Assembly (NCBI GenBank): GCA_030141605.1
Contig: JAQGDQ010000003.1
Location: 124,001-188,000, forward strand
DNA from: Tubiluchus corallicola
Taxonomy: Eukaryota > Animalia > Priapulida
Length of the DNA stretch: 64,000 nt
Direction: 5' to 3'
Positions 1-12,100 of the stretch are shown here, in pieces. Under the pieces are notes generated by a model. It saw nothing but the letters and a program-made list of their open reading frames with translations. It did no database searches and was not told the DNA's origin. The translations under genes and the position numbers were made by a program. Positions within the stretch are counted from its first letter, which is position 1, and the number at the start of each line of letters is the position of its first letter.

Positions 1-117
1 TGACTGCTAAGCACCACTTAATTAATTTTTTCATCAATGTCATAACTTTGGAAAGACTATTTAATCAGCTTAAGCTACAAATAACATTTTTGTTGACATA
101 TTACTTATACTTTGAAG

Positions 118-3100
118 GTGCTAAACATCGAGTAGGCCATTCAGAATCATCAAGCAAAGCAGCAGAAAGGAGAAGAGGTAGTTTACTTTATTACTTATTC
201 AATAAGGAATTCACTGTGTGTTGTTTTCATAAATGAGTATTTTGTAGTATTCATTTAGTCACATGTGTCACAAATGTCTAGAGTTGCTACTGGTATTTGA
301 TTGTTTATAAAGACTTCATTCATTTGATGTGTTTGAAAAATCTAGAAGTAGAGAAGAAAGACAGCACTTCTTCACTGATGGGTGCAGACGATAACAGTTC
401 ACCATGGCTGCCTAATTATAAGGGGTTATACACAGTGTGTTTTCGACTTTCTTGGACTTTTGACAAAGAAGTGAGTAATTAATGATGTGGAGCCAGTTAT
501 AATTTGATCTGGGTATTGAGCAAAGTTAGTTTTATGCTTTTTGCCGGTAAATATATCTTTGCTCATGCAGTGGTGTTGCATCTGAAATTGCTTAGTAAGG
601 ACTTTTAGATCTGAGTAGGGTGCCTCGATCCCCAAACTCACTTTGAAGTTGCATGCAAACTGTCTAAATTGGTCATTCTGTACAGTTTGGTAAGTATTGA
701 TCTTAGTAATATTGCTTTTAATGTTAATCTCTTAGATCATTTGAATTTCAGACTGAACATTTCCTGAAATGTTCTCTCTTGACATTAATCCAGGTTTGAT
801 TCCCAAACTTGTCACATGTAATGTGGTTTTCTAAGTTCGTACACAAATCTGGTTGTTAATAATTGTAATTTCGAATCGTGAAAAGGCTGTAGGCGGTCAA
901 CATTAAAAAAGGACTAAATCACTTCACTCAATTTTTGGTCTTGGTAACATGTTTCATTTTGGTATTGTTATTGCTACATTTAAAGCTGGATTTGCCCCAA
1001 CTGATGATGTCTGAATTTACATACTCACATTAGTTGCTGAACATTTTGGCCTGTGATTTGCAAGTTTTCTGGCTAGTCTAATTCAATGAAACATTTCTGA
1101 TGACATGTTGGGATTGTTTCTGATAAGTTGCATTTTAGGTGGTCTCTGCATGCAAATTTTGTTTAAAGTGACTTGGGGGGGGGGGGCATCAGAGTGCCTC
1201 CAGGTATGAACACGCTTGGTAACTTCAGCTGCAACATTTATGCTTGAGCATGGGTGGGTCAAGCTAACTTTGTTAAAAAAATTCTAGGATTTAAATCCGA
1301 TCTAGCTCCTTGTCCATATGCTACTGATTCTAGACTCCAAAATTTAAGCAAATTTGGTTAACACATTAGTCAGGTGCTTAACTTTGCAGGCTTTCCAGTA
1401 TCCATTATCAGGTTTGTAATTTCTAGTTGTGTTAACCTACTAGTCCTACAGAATTATCAAGTGTTGTAATCTCTTACTGTTTGTTGTGTTTGCAAATTTT
1501 AGATAATGTTGTTAAGAATCAATTAATTATTTATGTTTTTAGTTAAAGCAGTTTTTGTTTGACCAGTTTTTGTTTGACCACCTCATTAATGTACAATGTG
1601 AGATTTTAGTATGTAGCCGTTCCTTCTAATCCAAAATCAACTATATTTTTTGTACTGTGTTGAAGCAGGATTGTAAAACAGCTTTGCCAGTTTGTCAAGT
1701 TGCTGTGGACACAGATATTAGCATTGTTTTAGTGCACCACTAGATGACTCACACTTCATAGTCATGCTTTGCAATTGCTATTCATATAACTTTGCTAAGT
1801 TGTTTCATTTGTCTTAATTAGTCTTTTCAATTATTACTTAAATTGCAACATTCCATCTGTAAAATATTGGTCCGGGCAAGCATTGTGTGATTTTATTGGA
1901 TATTCTGGAAAGCTAATGTCTGAGTATTCAGAATCAGAGATAGACTTCTGATAAGCAAATAGATGTAGATACACCTCCTGCGGCCCTTGTTCATTTCTGT
2001 AATTGGCTACTGCTGCTAGTCATTGTCAATTCACTAATACTAGTGTTGGAGTTAATCCCTCATTTTGCACAGATACTAATTCAAAAGTATTTGATGCAAT
2101 TAGATTTACCACTCGCATTGTGGCTTCCAGTACCGTGCATTTAAAAAGCTCTTTTTTCGTCCCATTACATTTAAGTCCTGCAGTTTCAAATTCGGCTAGC
2201 AATTTTTTGCTAACATCATCAGCTTGCTCTTGCCAAAACATAATTTCAGCAGGAGATTGCCATGGTAACATGTTCATGTTCACAGACCCTTTGAGTGTTA
2301 CTTGTGCCACTGTGCATGTGATGTTACTTTCTAGGCACAGCTGCATTATGGAGATTGACGAGCCTTTCTAAACAACATGGTCTGGCTATGAGACCTTGCT
2401 TGATATACTACATTCATTGAGTTTAAACCTGGAACATGTTGCATTAAAATCTTGACTGTTTGGCAAAATCACATGCTCTACATCGTATCTTATCCAGAAG
2501 TTTACCAGCTCATTCTCTGATGATAGTTTTCTATCTAGTTCTACGAAAAACATTGAGTCTAGACAGACAGCCAATGTTGCATCTGCTAATTTCAGTCACA
2601 AGAAGGCATCCTCTAACACAAATGAATCTGGTGTGTCAGATTTCAAAAAATTGGTTTCGTAGATTTTTAATGTCCTAATTTTACAATCGAAATCTGAATC
2701 ATTTGCAAAAAAGCTACTGTACTTTTCTGTCGGCACATACTTTCTTTTTACATTTTGAAGAAGATGTAAATTAAGAAGATTACCTTCTTTGCCATACTTG
2801 TCTAGTTGTCACTGTATCTGTAAAGTGCGTAGAAATATTTCCACATGAATGTTTCAGACAATATTGATTAAAGGTAAATCTGTTGCAGGTATGCCAACAG
2901 TAACAAAAATATGTGTAAGTTTGTCGGATACCATGGATGACATTGATTAAAGTTTTCACTGCTTCTTTTAGTTCTAAATCATTGAAGTTTAAAAGTAACA
3001 ATTTCATCCAACTGTTTAGCACCTTTACACTTCTCTGTTGCATAATGTCCAAGTGAATTATATCTGCCTTCTATGTGCGTTTCTGAGCTAACATTAGTAT

Positions 3101-6100
3101 GCTTAGTTTAGTCAATTTTACGTTTACTGGCTTCTGTTTTTCACTGTTTTTTCCTGGCTAATATTTTGAAGTCTTTTTAGTAACGGTTGGATGTTCAGAA
3201 TTTTTATTTATGAGCTTCTGACTTTATTGCAGTTTATTGTAGCGACCCAGTCTCAGGCTTTTCAGTGCAAATTCGGCACTCACTTTTAACGATGATCTGA
3301 CATTTTGCAGCATCTGACATTTGTCTTTCCTCCGAATACAAAAGGCATTCTATTAACACCGGACTGACTGAAACATAAGAGACCATTGGGATATTTATTT
3401 CTGCTTCATCTTCTTCAGCATTAAAAATACTCTCTTCTGTAGATGTCTTAGTTATTTCCTCAGTAACTGGTGCGATGGTATAAAGCTTCCGTAAATTTTC
3501 TGCAATTGAAATTGTAGCACTTAATTTGCTTTTTGTAGTAATAACAGTCGTACAATTTGCATAGAACAGTAAAACCACAAAAAGTGGTAAGACTGGCATT
3601 TTTTTAAGACAGCTCCCAATTTGAAAAAGTCAACTTTACTGGTTCGTGTTATGCTATTACGCCATGTTTAGTGAAATGAATAATGGTGCTTATATTCACT
3701 AACGACCCAAAGATCACGAAAGACATTAAGTGTTTTAAGTACCAAATGTTATTTCCTTTTCTTTCAAACATAATAAACATAGGGAGCTTTATAAGAAGCG
3801 TTATTGTTATGCATACTTTCGTGCTTACTTAATTTTTACCAAAAGTACTGAATAATAATCCTGCAGTTACACCCATAAATATTGACACTACACGTGCTTT
3901 ACTTAACATCTAACATATTAAGAAACTTTTTCAGTCTTTTACTGCATTCATGTGCACCTCTTTAGCTAATATGATTAGTGTTTTACATAAGTAGTAAATA
4001 GAGCACACATCACCTGTTACTGCGACAATCATAAAAGTTCAATAATGTTATATTTCATTATAATTGGCAGTTAACCAAATGAAATATTCAGCTTCTGCTA
4101 AGGATTCTTTAACGCAATATTGCCCGTTGTCAGGCCTAAAGTTTTTTGAAAGAGTTCGTTTTTTTAAACAGGCTTCAAACCAATAAAGGACTTATTTTTT
4201 GAACTCATATGATGGCAATAGTTCGGCTGTTTTTCCACATTTGCTTATTTTCATTCCGTGTTCGTTGATAATCTTTAATTTTTTTAACAGATAGTTCATT
4301 TTTTATTACAGGCTGTACGTAAAGAATTTTTGGCGGCCGGTGAAGTTGCTGAAGTTCATGCAGATGCAGGGTTTGTTATTAAAATTATAAATAATAATTT
4401 TATGCAGACCCATGTCCTCATGCAAAGAAAATTCTTACATGCTGGGTGACATTGCTATAGTAGATTCAAAAAATTTAACTGTCAACACACAAATAACAGT
4501 TTTTAAAAAGATTATAAAAAAAATAAGTTCAAAATTCCAAAAGTCAGTGAGTTACGTATGTACGTAAGTACGTACAACTATTAAGGACTGTCAGTTAGCA
4601 TACTGGGTTTATTTTTTTACTGCTATCACTTAAACTTAGAAAAATATAACAAGGAAATTTGCAAAAAACTTTCTGTAAAGTATAAAGTTAATGTATACTA
4701 CTGTTGAACAGAAATTTTCAGATGTGGCGGTGGTTGCCGCCTTTCACTTGAAAATTATATCGTAACTGGTGACTGTGTGACTTTTAGTCAGCACGTTGTA
4801 GATTCACGCAGAAATATCAAATTTTTTTGTAAAGTCTATATAATTTTTTTACAAAAACATACTTTTAACTCAAATTGATAGGGCACTGCTTTTCTTCAGT
4901 CAACAAATTGCATCATTGGTGAAAAAATAGGCTTTCAAAATGAGAGTGTCCAAGAGTGAAATGATCATGACTTAACTCAAGCGCCTTACGTAATTAGTTA
5001 AATCAAGTGATTTAACTAATTACGTGAGGCGCTTATCACACTTTTATTACTAAATCTTTTTAGCATTTTTCATGAATCAACCTAACTTCCCAGAAGGCTT
5101 GACTTTTTGTTAAGGTTTTTTTATTAATCTAACACTGCTTACTGTTTGGAAACATAATAGTTGTTACAATTCCCAATGGACTGTAATTAGGTCATCATTT
5201 TTTTACATTCAGAGTTTTACGTCAAGAATTTTTACATTCAGGTATAAAAACTTGCACAAAACAGTACAGCATTTGATATTTGTCTTACTATGCAGATAAT
5301 TGCCAATTTATTATAATAAAAGGTATTATTTATAGTAAATCTTAATGTCAAGATTATTAGCTAACTCGGAAATGTACCCACAATTATTTTTTATTTCTTA
5401 TTGCTTTATAGAATTGCTTTTCTATTTTTACAGCATGGTATTTGTAAGATACAAGACTTTGGAAGAAGCCAGCAAAGCGTTTGAACTGTTCGGACGAAAA
5501 TACGATCTGCGAAAGGGACACATAAAGAAGTCTAGTGCAAACGTGTCATTGCTAAATAAGAATGGTTATTGTTTAAAAGGTTTGTAGTTACTTGTGCATT
5601 GCACTGGCTCAACCATATGGAAGCCATAATTTCTTCAAAAGATATATTACGAATTCCTATTTTTTATAGTCTGGTTCTTGAAAATGCTTGAATGTTTGGA
5701 CCTGGTTGGAAACGTTTTCCACGTGCAGGTTAGATCTTTTCTTGTTTCTTGTTAAAGACCATATTATAACTTATATCTTCAAATATCACCAGTTTGCCAG
5801 CAATGTCAAGAAATCTAACAAGTATCAGATTACATCTGGCTTATCATGTTTAATTGTGTAAACATTGTCAGACTTAACTACATATCTATGAGGCCTGTAA
5901 TGATGCATGAGTGCGTCGTGATATCTTTTGTTACAAAACGCGTATCGCTAAAGTGCACCTGTATCGTGATAATTGGAGTCATTAAAATTTAGTACAAGCT
6001 TGACCATCCAAAAAACAGGACATAATTAAAGCTGTGGCATTCAACTGTAGAATGTAGAGACATGACAATCAATGCAGTGAGTGCTGTATTAGCAGACTTA

Positions 6101-9100
6101 ACATAGGCAGACCAGCTGTTAACAACCAAAGTGGCTGAAAGCACAGTTTGTGTTTATAATAATCTATACAGACTCATTATAGTTTTGCTTATAATCTTGT
6201 GAAACAAACTTGAACTACAAAATTTTCTTTTGTAGAGCTTTTAAATTAAACATATTGAGATGTTTTGCTTGTCTGTTGATTTATGGTACAAACAATACAC
6301 TGGTAATAAAAAAAATTCAAGCAGCGTATCGAGTTATTTTAGCATTTAGCAATTCTAAAAATTCGCTATTGTTTGATTCATAAATATATTTAGCATCTAT
6401 TTTCAACAGCTTCGTCTAGTTCTTTTTTATAAAGCCTAAAAACGTTGACTTAGTGCATTGTATTATATCACAATGTTAGTATTGTGATATGTATCGTATC
6501 TTGATATAGGTATATCATTACAGCCCTAATGTCTAGGATACTGATTTTAATTACAGTTCTAAATAAAAAAGAAATTTTGGTGCATTTGTACACATATCCT
6601 GGTAGATAAATTATATCAAATATATATGGAATTAGCATTTAATAAACCCTGTTTGTGCTTTATTTCAAAAGAATATACTATCACTAGTATTTTTGAGAAT
6701 GGGCTTGTACTCCTTCTGTACCAAATATTCATCATTTGAGTTCCTACATTAATCCCTTTCACTTTTACGTTTACGTATTTTCTATTAATACAGTAAAGCA
6801 AAAGGTATGATGGAGTTTGTTTGTTTATACTTTGGCCACTGTTTTAGCACGTTGGGATACCTGCAAGAGAACTATTAACAAGCAAACAATAATATAATAC
6901 TTTTATGTTTAATTCTGTTACCATTGTCAGTGAAACAGTTCCTAACAAAGTTTCCATTTTCAACAACTTGAGAAATTATGTTTACATTCAAAAAGTTGTG
7001 TTTCACTTGAGAAGTATGGAATGCTTCCAACAGTTCCTACTACAATTTCAGTCTTACCTGTTACTTCTTTCACAGTACTTTGTTACAGAACTCCGGACCA
7101 ACAATGCTGCTACTTCGCCAAGATCTGATGCCCTTACTTCACCGAAATCTAGAGCTGAATATGATACAAGATGGCTGCCAAACTCATACACAGGGCTGTA
7201 CACCGTTTGTTTTCTTATACCAGACAACTTTGACAAGGAGGTTAGTTGTGGACATCTTGGACATCTGATTGCACATAATTATTATAATATTAACTTTTTG
7301 TCAAGCATGTAAGTGAAGTAGTTAGTCACAATGATTATTTGTTTGATCCCCAGTCACACTTTTGTGAAATTCTACTGAAAACAGACAAAGAAAACATTTA
7401 TTTACCATCGCTCGTTTAATAGACAACATTAGCAGCTATTTAGTGACTCACATTTACAACAGTACAGGTAAGGACGTAACACACAACTGGCGAATAACAT
7501 GTACAGTATATGTTCTGGCATTGGCAGCGGCTAGTCTCAAACTCAAGACCGTAATTTAGACCACTTGGCCATCCAACCCAGGAAAAATGACTTAACCACT
7601 TATATTGTACAAAGGTGTAAACGCATATATACAAATTTTAAATGAAGTTGTTGCGAATTTTGGTGATCGCGGACACTGCATGAAATGGTGACCACTAATA
7701 ATTACAACAAATGTTGCAATCATTATAAACATTACTGTGTAACAAGAGTAACATACCGAGTAGTTACCAATAAAAGACTGCACTAATACAAAAATGAAAG
7801 TATTCACAGAATTATCTAATTTGAGGTGGGGTTCCCATGCAGGAACAGACGTACAAGTTCATTTTTTGCAAGTCTGTAAATATTTATGTTAAAAACTGGC
7901 AAAGAATGCAGAAATTTGTAACTAAATCATGTCTAGCTTGGTAGTAAAGTTGGCAGCTAATTGAGTAATGATCAACTGTTTTATCAGCAGAATCACATTG
8001 ATAACTAGGTGATACCAGCGACTCATTGTAATTTTCTGAGGTATAAATTGTAATTAAATTGACAAAAGCTTGCTCTCATTCCAAGTACTGTATGCATGAA
8101 TTGTTAGTCCACATCAGCTTTTTAGTGAAAACTGGGTATTAAAAGTTAATGTTAAGAAATTTTTACAGACGCCATGAAACACGTGTTATTCTTTCTTATT
8201 TCTTCCATTACAGGCTGTGCAGAAAGAGTTCTCAGCTGCTGGTGAAGTAGCTGAAGTTCATGCTACTGACAGGTGTGTTGGTAATATTGTTTTTATAAGT
8301 GATGCTCTTTTCTTTTGTGTTTCAGAGGCACTTAAATGCTGAAATTGCTCTGACTCCCCAAAATGTATATACTTTATTTTACTGTATTAGACTGTGCATG
8401 TCAGAGCTTTCCATTTTATAGTGTGAATAGTGTTTCACTAAAAACGAAATAACGTAGCTAAAATGATTTTTTGTGATCCAAAAACACTGTTTCCATTATG
8501 CCAACTAAGCATGTATTAGGTATTTTTCTTAAACTATTACAATAACATTTTAATGCTTTTAGTGACTGATTCAATATACCCAACATTTCATTTGCTGTAA
8601 TAATTTATTAGTTATTTTACTAACAGAGATGGTCCTTCTGCGTGCCTGCCTTTCTTTTAGAAAATGGGCTAAAACGTTCAAGGTCAATCGTACGAGCTGA
8701 TAGTAAATGGAGAAATTATTGTGTACGAGAACTTGTGCAAGGAAGGTATAACAAATTCATTTCCAGCACACAATAATTATTCAGCTAATTGAACAATACT
8801 ACATTCTAGTAGATTACCAGATGGTTTAGTGTAAGTGTAATATGTGACATGCTTGCTTTCTGTCTCGGAGGTTGTGAGCCCGATACCGCATCTGTGTCAT
8901 ACCAAAGATTCTAAAAATGGTACCTGCTGTTACTCTGCCTGATGCATAGTATTTCTGGTAAAAACAAGGTAATAATAATTCTGTTATGCAGAAACATAAT
9001 ATTTTTTGCTCGTTGAAAATGCTGATCTTTTAATACGAAATAAAATTATCTGTATTTAAAAAACATTAAACTTAGAGCAGCTACTCTACAGTTAAAAATA

Positions 9101-12100
9101 AAATGAAAGTCTGTATTTAAAGCAGAATCAGCACAATAATCTTTATCTAATGTTGGTTTTAAATTCATCAGACAACACAACTCATGAAGCTGTAAATAAC
9201 AAGCTACACCTACATAACAGAGATTGTATTTACTCTGCTTTTGTCAGAAATACCATGCGCCAGACAGGATAACAGCATGTATTGTTTTTAGAGTTTTTGG
9301 TATGACACGGCCATGGTATCGAACTCATGGGCTCCCAGACAGAAAGCTGGCACATCAGATATTGCACTGTACCACTGGTAAACTACAAGAATGTAGTATT
9401 GTTTAAATAGCTAAATAATTATTGTGTGGTGGAAATGATTATTGTTATATCTTCCTTGCGCAACTTCTAATACACAATAATTTCACCGTTTACTATCAGT
9501 TTGTGTGATTGGAGTGTGCAATGTTAAGCACAAAATTAAATACAATTATCCATATTTGGCAAATAACATAACTTTTTCAAAATAGAATTTTGTTGCCAAC
9601 CAACCAGTTCAGAACCATTACCATTCAATTTCAGGGCATCTAGAAAGCAAAGAAATTTTGCCAGAATGTAGACACAACTCAGAAGCAAAAGTTCAATAGA
9701 TAGTAATCAGTAGGTGCTGAATTTTTACTTTTAAGTTGCTTCTGCAGTCTGGAAAAATTTCTTTGCTTTCTAAAATACCCCGAAAATGAACAATAATAGT
9801 TCAAAACCAGTCGGCAATAAAATTCTATTTTGAATAAAATTAAATCACTCAAGACTAATTCATGTTTTTTTTTGTTGTTGTCATTTATAAATATTTTTTG
9901 TTTTACAGACGAGTGTTTGTCAGATTCAAAACAATTGAAGAAGGCGACAAAGCATTTGAACTGTTTGGACACAAATATAATTTGCAACAGGGACTTGAAA
10001 AACCATTAAAAAGCACTGGTACTCAGAATATTTATTTGCTATATTATGTGACTGTTTATCATTGACTCAGTGACATTCTGCTATTTGAACTCAAACTACA
10101 TGCAATTGATTTCAATCTTTGGTGTTGATGGTGGAAGAAATAACAACGATTGTGGTGGTTGAGGTTGTGGTGGCAATGACAGTAGTAGTGACGATCATAC
10201 ATTATATACATTATATAGACAAGTGACAAGCAGTATTTACATTCGGTTAAAAGTGTTACTAACATAAGAGAAGGTAAAAAATATCTACCAATAATGTGCT
10301 TTTTTTGTTTCGGACCTAATATAGACCGCTTTTGTAGTTTACGTTCCTGTGTATAGCCTCGGAAGCTTCACATAACTAGGATCTGGATTAATTTCGTAAT
10401 GTAAACAGAATATGTACCCAAACCGCATCCTTTCTACAGTCTGCTGGTACAGAAACCTAGAGTGATTACTAGCCATCGACTACAAAACATAATGTCACTA
10501 GCTCTGTAACCAAATAATAAGTTTTTATTGAAGTAATGCAGCATTATTTATCTTTTGACCATACAGTCAGGAACACAAGCTTTGTAGCATATGTTAACTG
10601 ATAACTTTAATATGCAAGAATATTGCATGTGACATGGTTGTAGCTTGCACAAGCTGCTATTTGATTTGCATTTTCAGATGTCAGGACAAGGCAAAGTAAC
10701 CACCAAAGGCATGCAGGAGTTCCGAATTCACCAAAGGAATTACACGGCGAAAATGTTGTGATAGTGTCAAATTTTGATAGCAACTTGGGTCTGGTAAGTT
10801 TCCTATTAAAATAGTTTGATCACTTAATTTTTCCTTTAATCTTAATGTTAATTTATATGATTTAATAATTGTAGATTTTGCAGTTAAATGAATAACTATT
10901 TGGCATCTTGCTATCTTCTAGTTTATTAGATCTGCAGTATTAATTAGGGATGTGAGAAATCTCAACCAGAAACAAAGCTTCAAAACCAAATCTGAATTTG
11001 AGTTTTCATTCGATTTGATTAGCTTAAATTCTATGTTACTTTAGATCTGACTCAATTCGACAGATTTTTTTAAAAAAAATCTGTAGTATTTTATTACAAA
11101 GGCAATTATAAATTCTTGTATCTTTACAATTTTCAACAAAATTACTTAAATTGTTGCCTTTTTTATAGTTTTGCCCTACTAGAAACAAGCAAATGCCACC
11201 GTATTCAGTTTCAACATGTGTACAACTCACGAAATTCTACGCGCAAGCTCGTATAACATTACGATTTTAACTGCTAGTGTCATCAAAAATACTAAGATTT
11301 CTTGTATTGCTTTAGCAGAACTAAATCATGGTTTTTATTATTGCAGAATTACTGTTGCTCACTGCTCCTACATGGCAATCTGTAATATTTTTTTGTGAAA
11401 ATCGCAGCAGCCTTATCACTCTGCCATAATTTTATTAAAAAGCTACGTAGATTTGAATAAGATTTAGTTTAAAAAGTAGTTAAAAATCAACATTCGAATT
11501 TGATTCGGTTTCGAAAATGATTTTAATTTGAGATTCAGATTTGATCCAAATTCGAAAATTATTTTAAACTGAGATTCAGAATTGATCCGGATTTGAAAAT
11601 CATCATAAAATAACATTTGATTTAGATTTGGTAATTTTAAATTTGTGTAATCCCTAATACTAATACTGTTGGAATTAGTTATGGAGTTGCTAGACATTTG
11701 ACAATGTTTAAAGTTCTAATATTGTATTTCAAAATTTATACTAATTATTGCAGCTGCTCCATCAGTTACTTATTTTTTAATCCCAGTGCATAGAAACAAT
11801 ACGGCTTGAAATAATGGTATATTGTCTGATTAACCCTAATTATATCGTATGATGTTCTGTATCTCAACTTTGATACATTTGTTGTGCAGGAGTTTTTCAA
11901 GGGACTTTTTTACAAGTATAAAGTGGAAAACATTCAAATTAGCAGAAGGTAAGGAAAATACAGCAGATTAATCACAGGTGTGGTAAAGTCACTGCTAAGC
12001 TGCTAAACGATGATGCCGTCAAAATGAATTAGATTATGACCGTGAATGTCAGAATGGCAAGTGCTAATTGCCAGCTAATTTGTAAAAAATTGATACCAGA

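Noticed and set aside
1850-2940. In-frame TGA codons as selenocysteine or programmed readthrough
   Set aside because: TAG/TAA stops and frameshifts also occur and no SECIS was recognised; decay is simpler.
8820-8900. tRNA gene
   Set aside because: Only degenerate box-like motifs and no cloverleaf; it is part of a SINE-like repeat.
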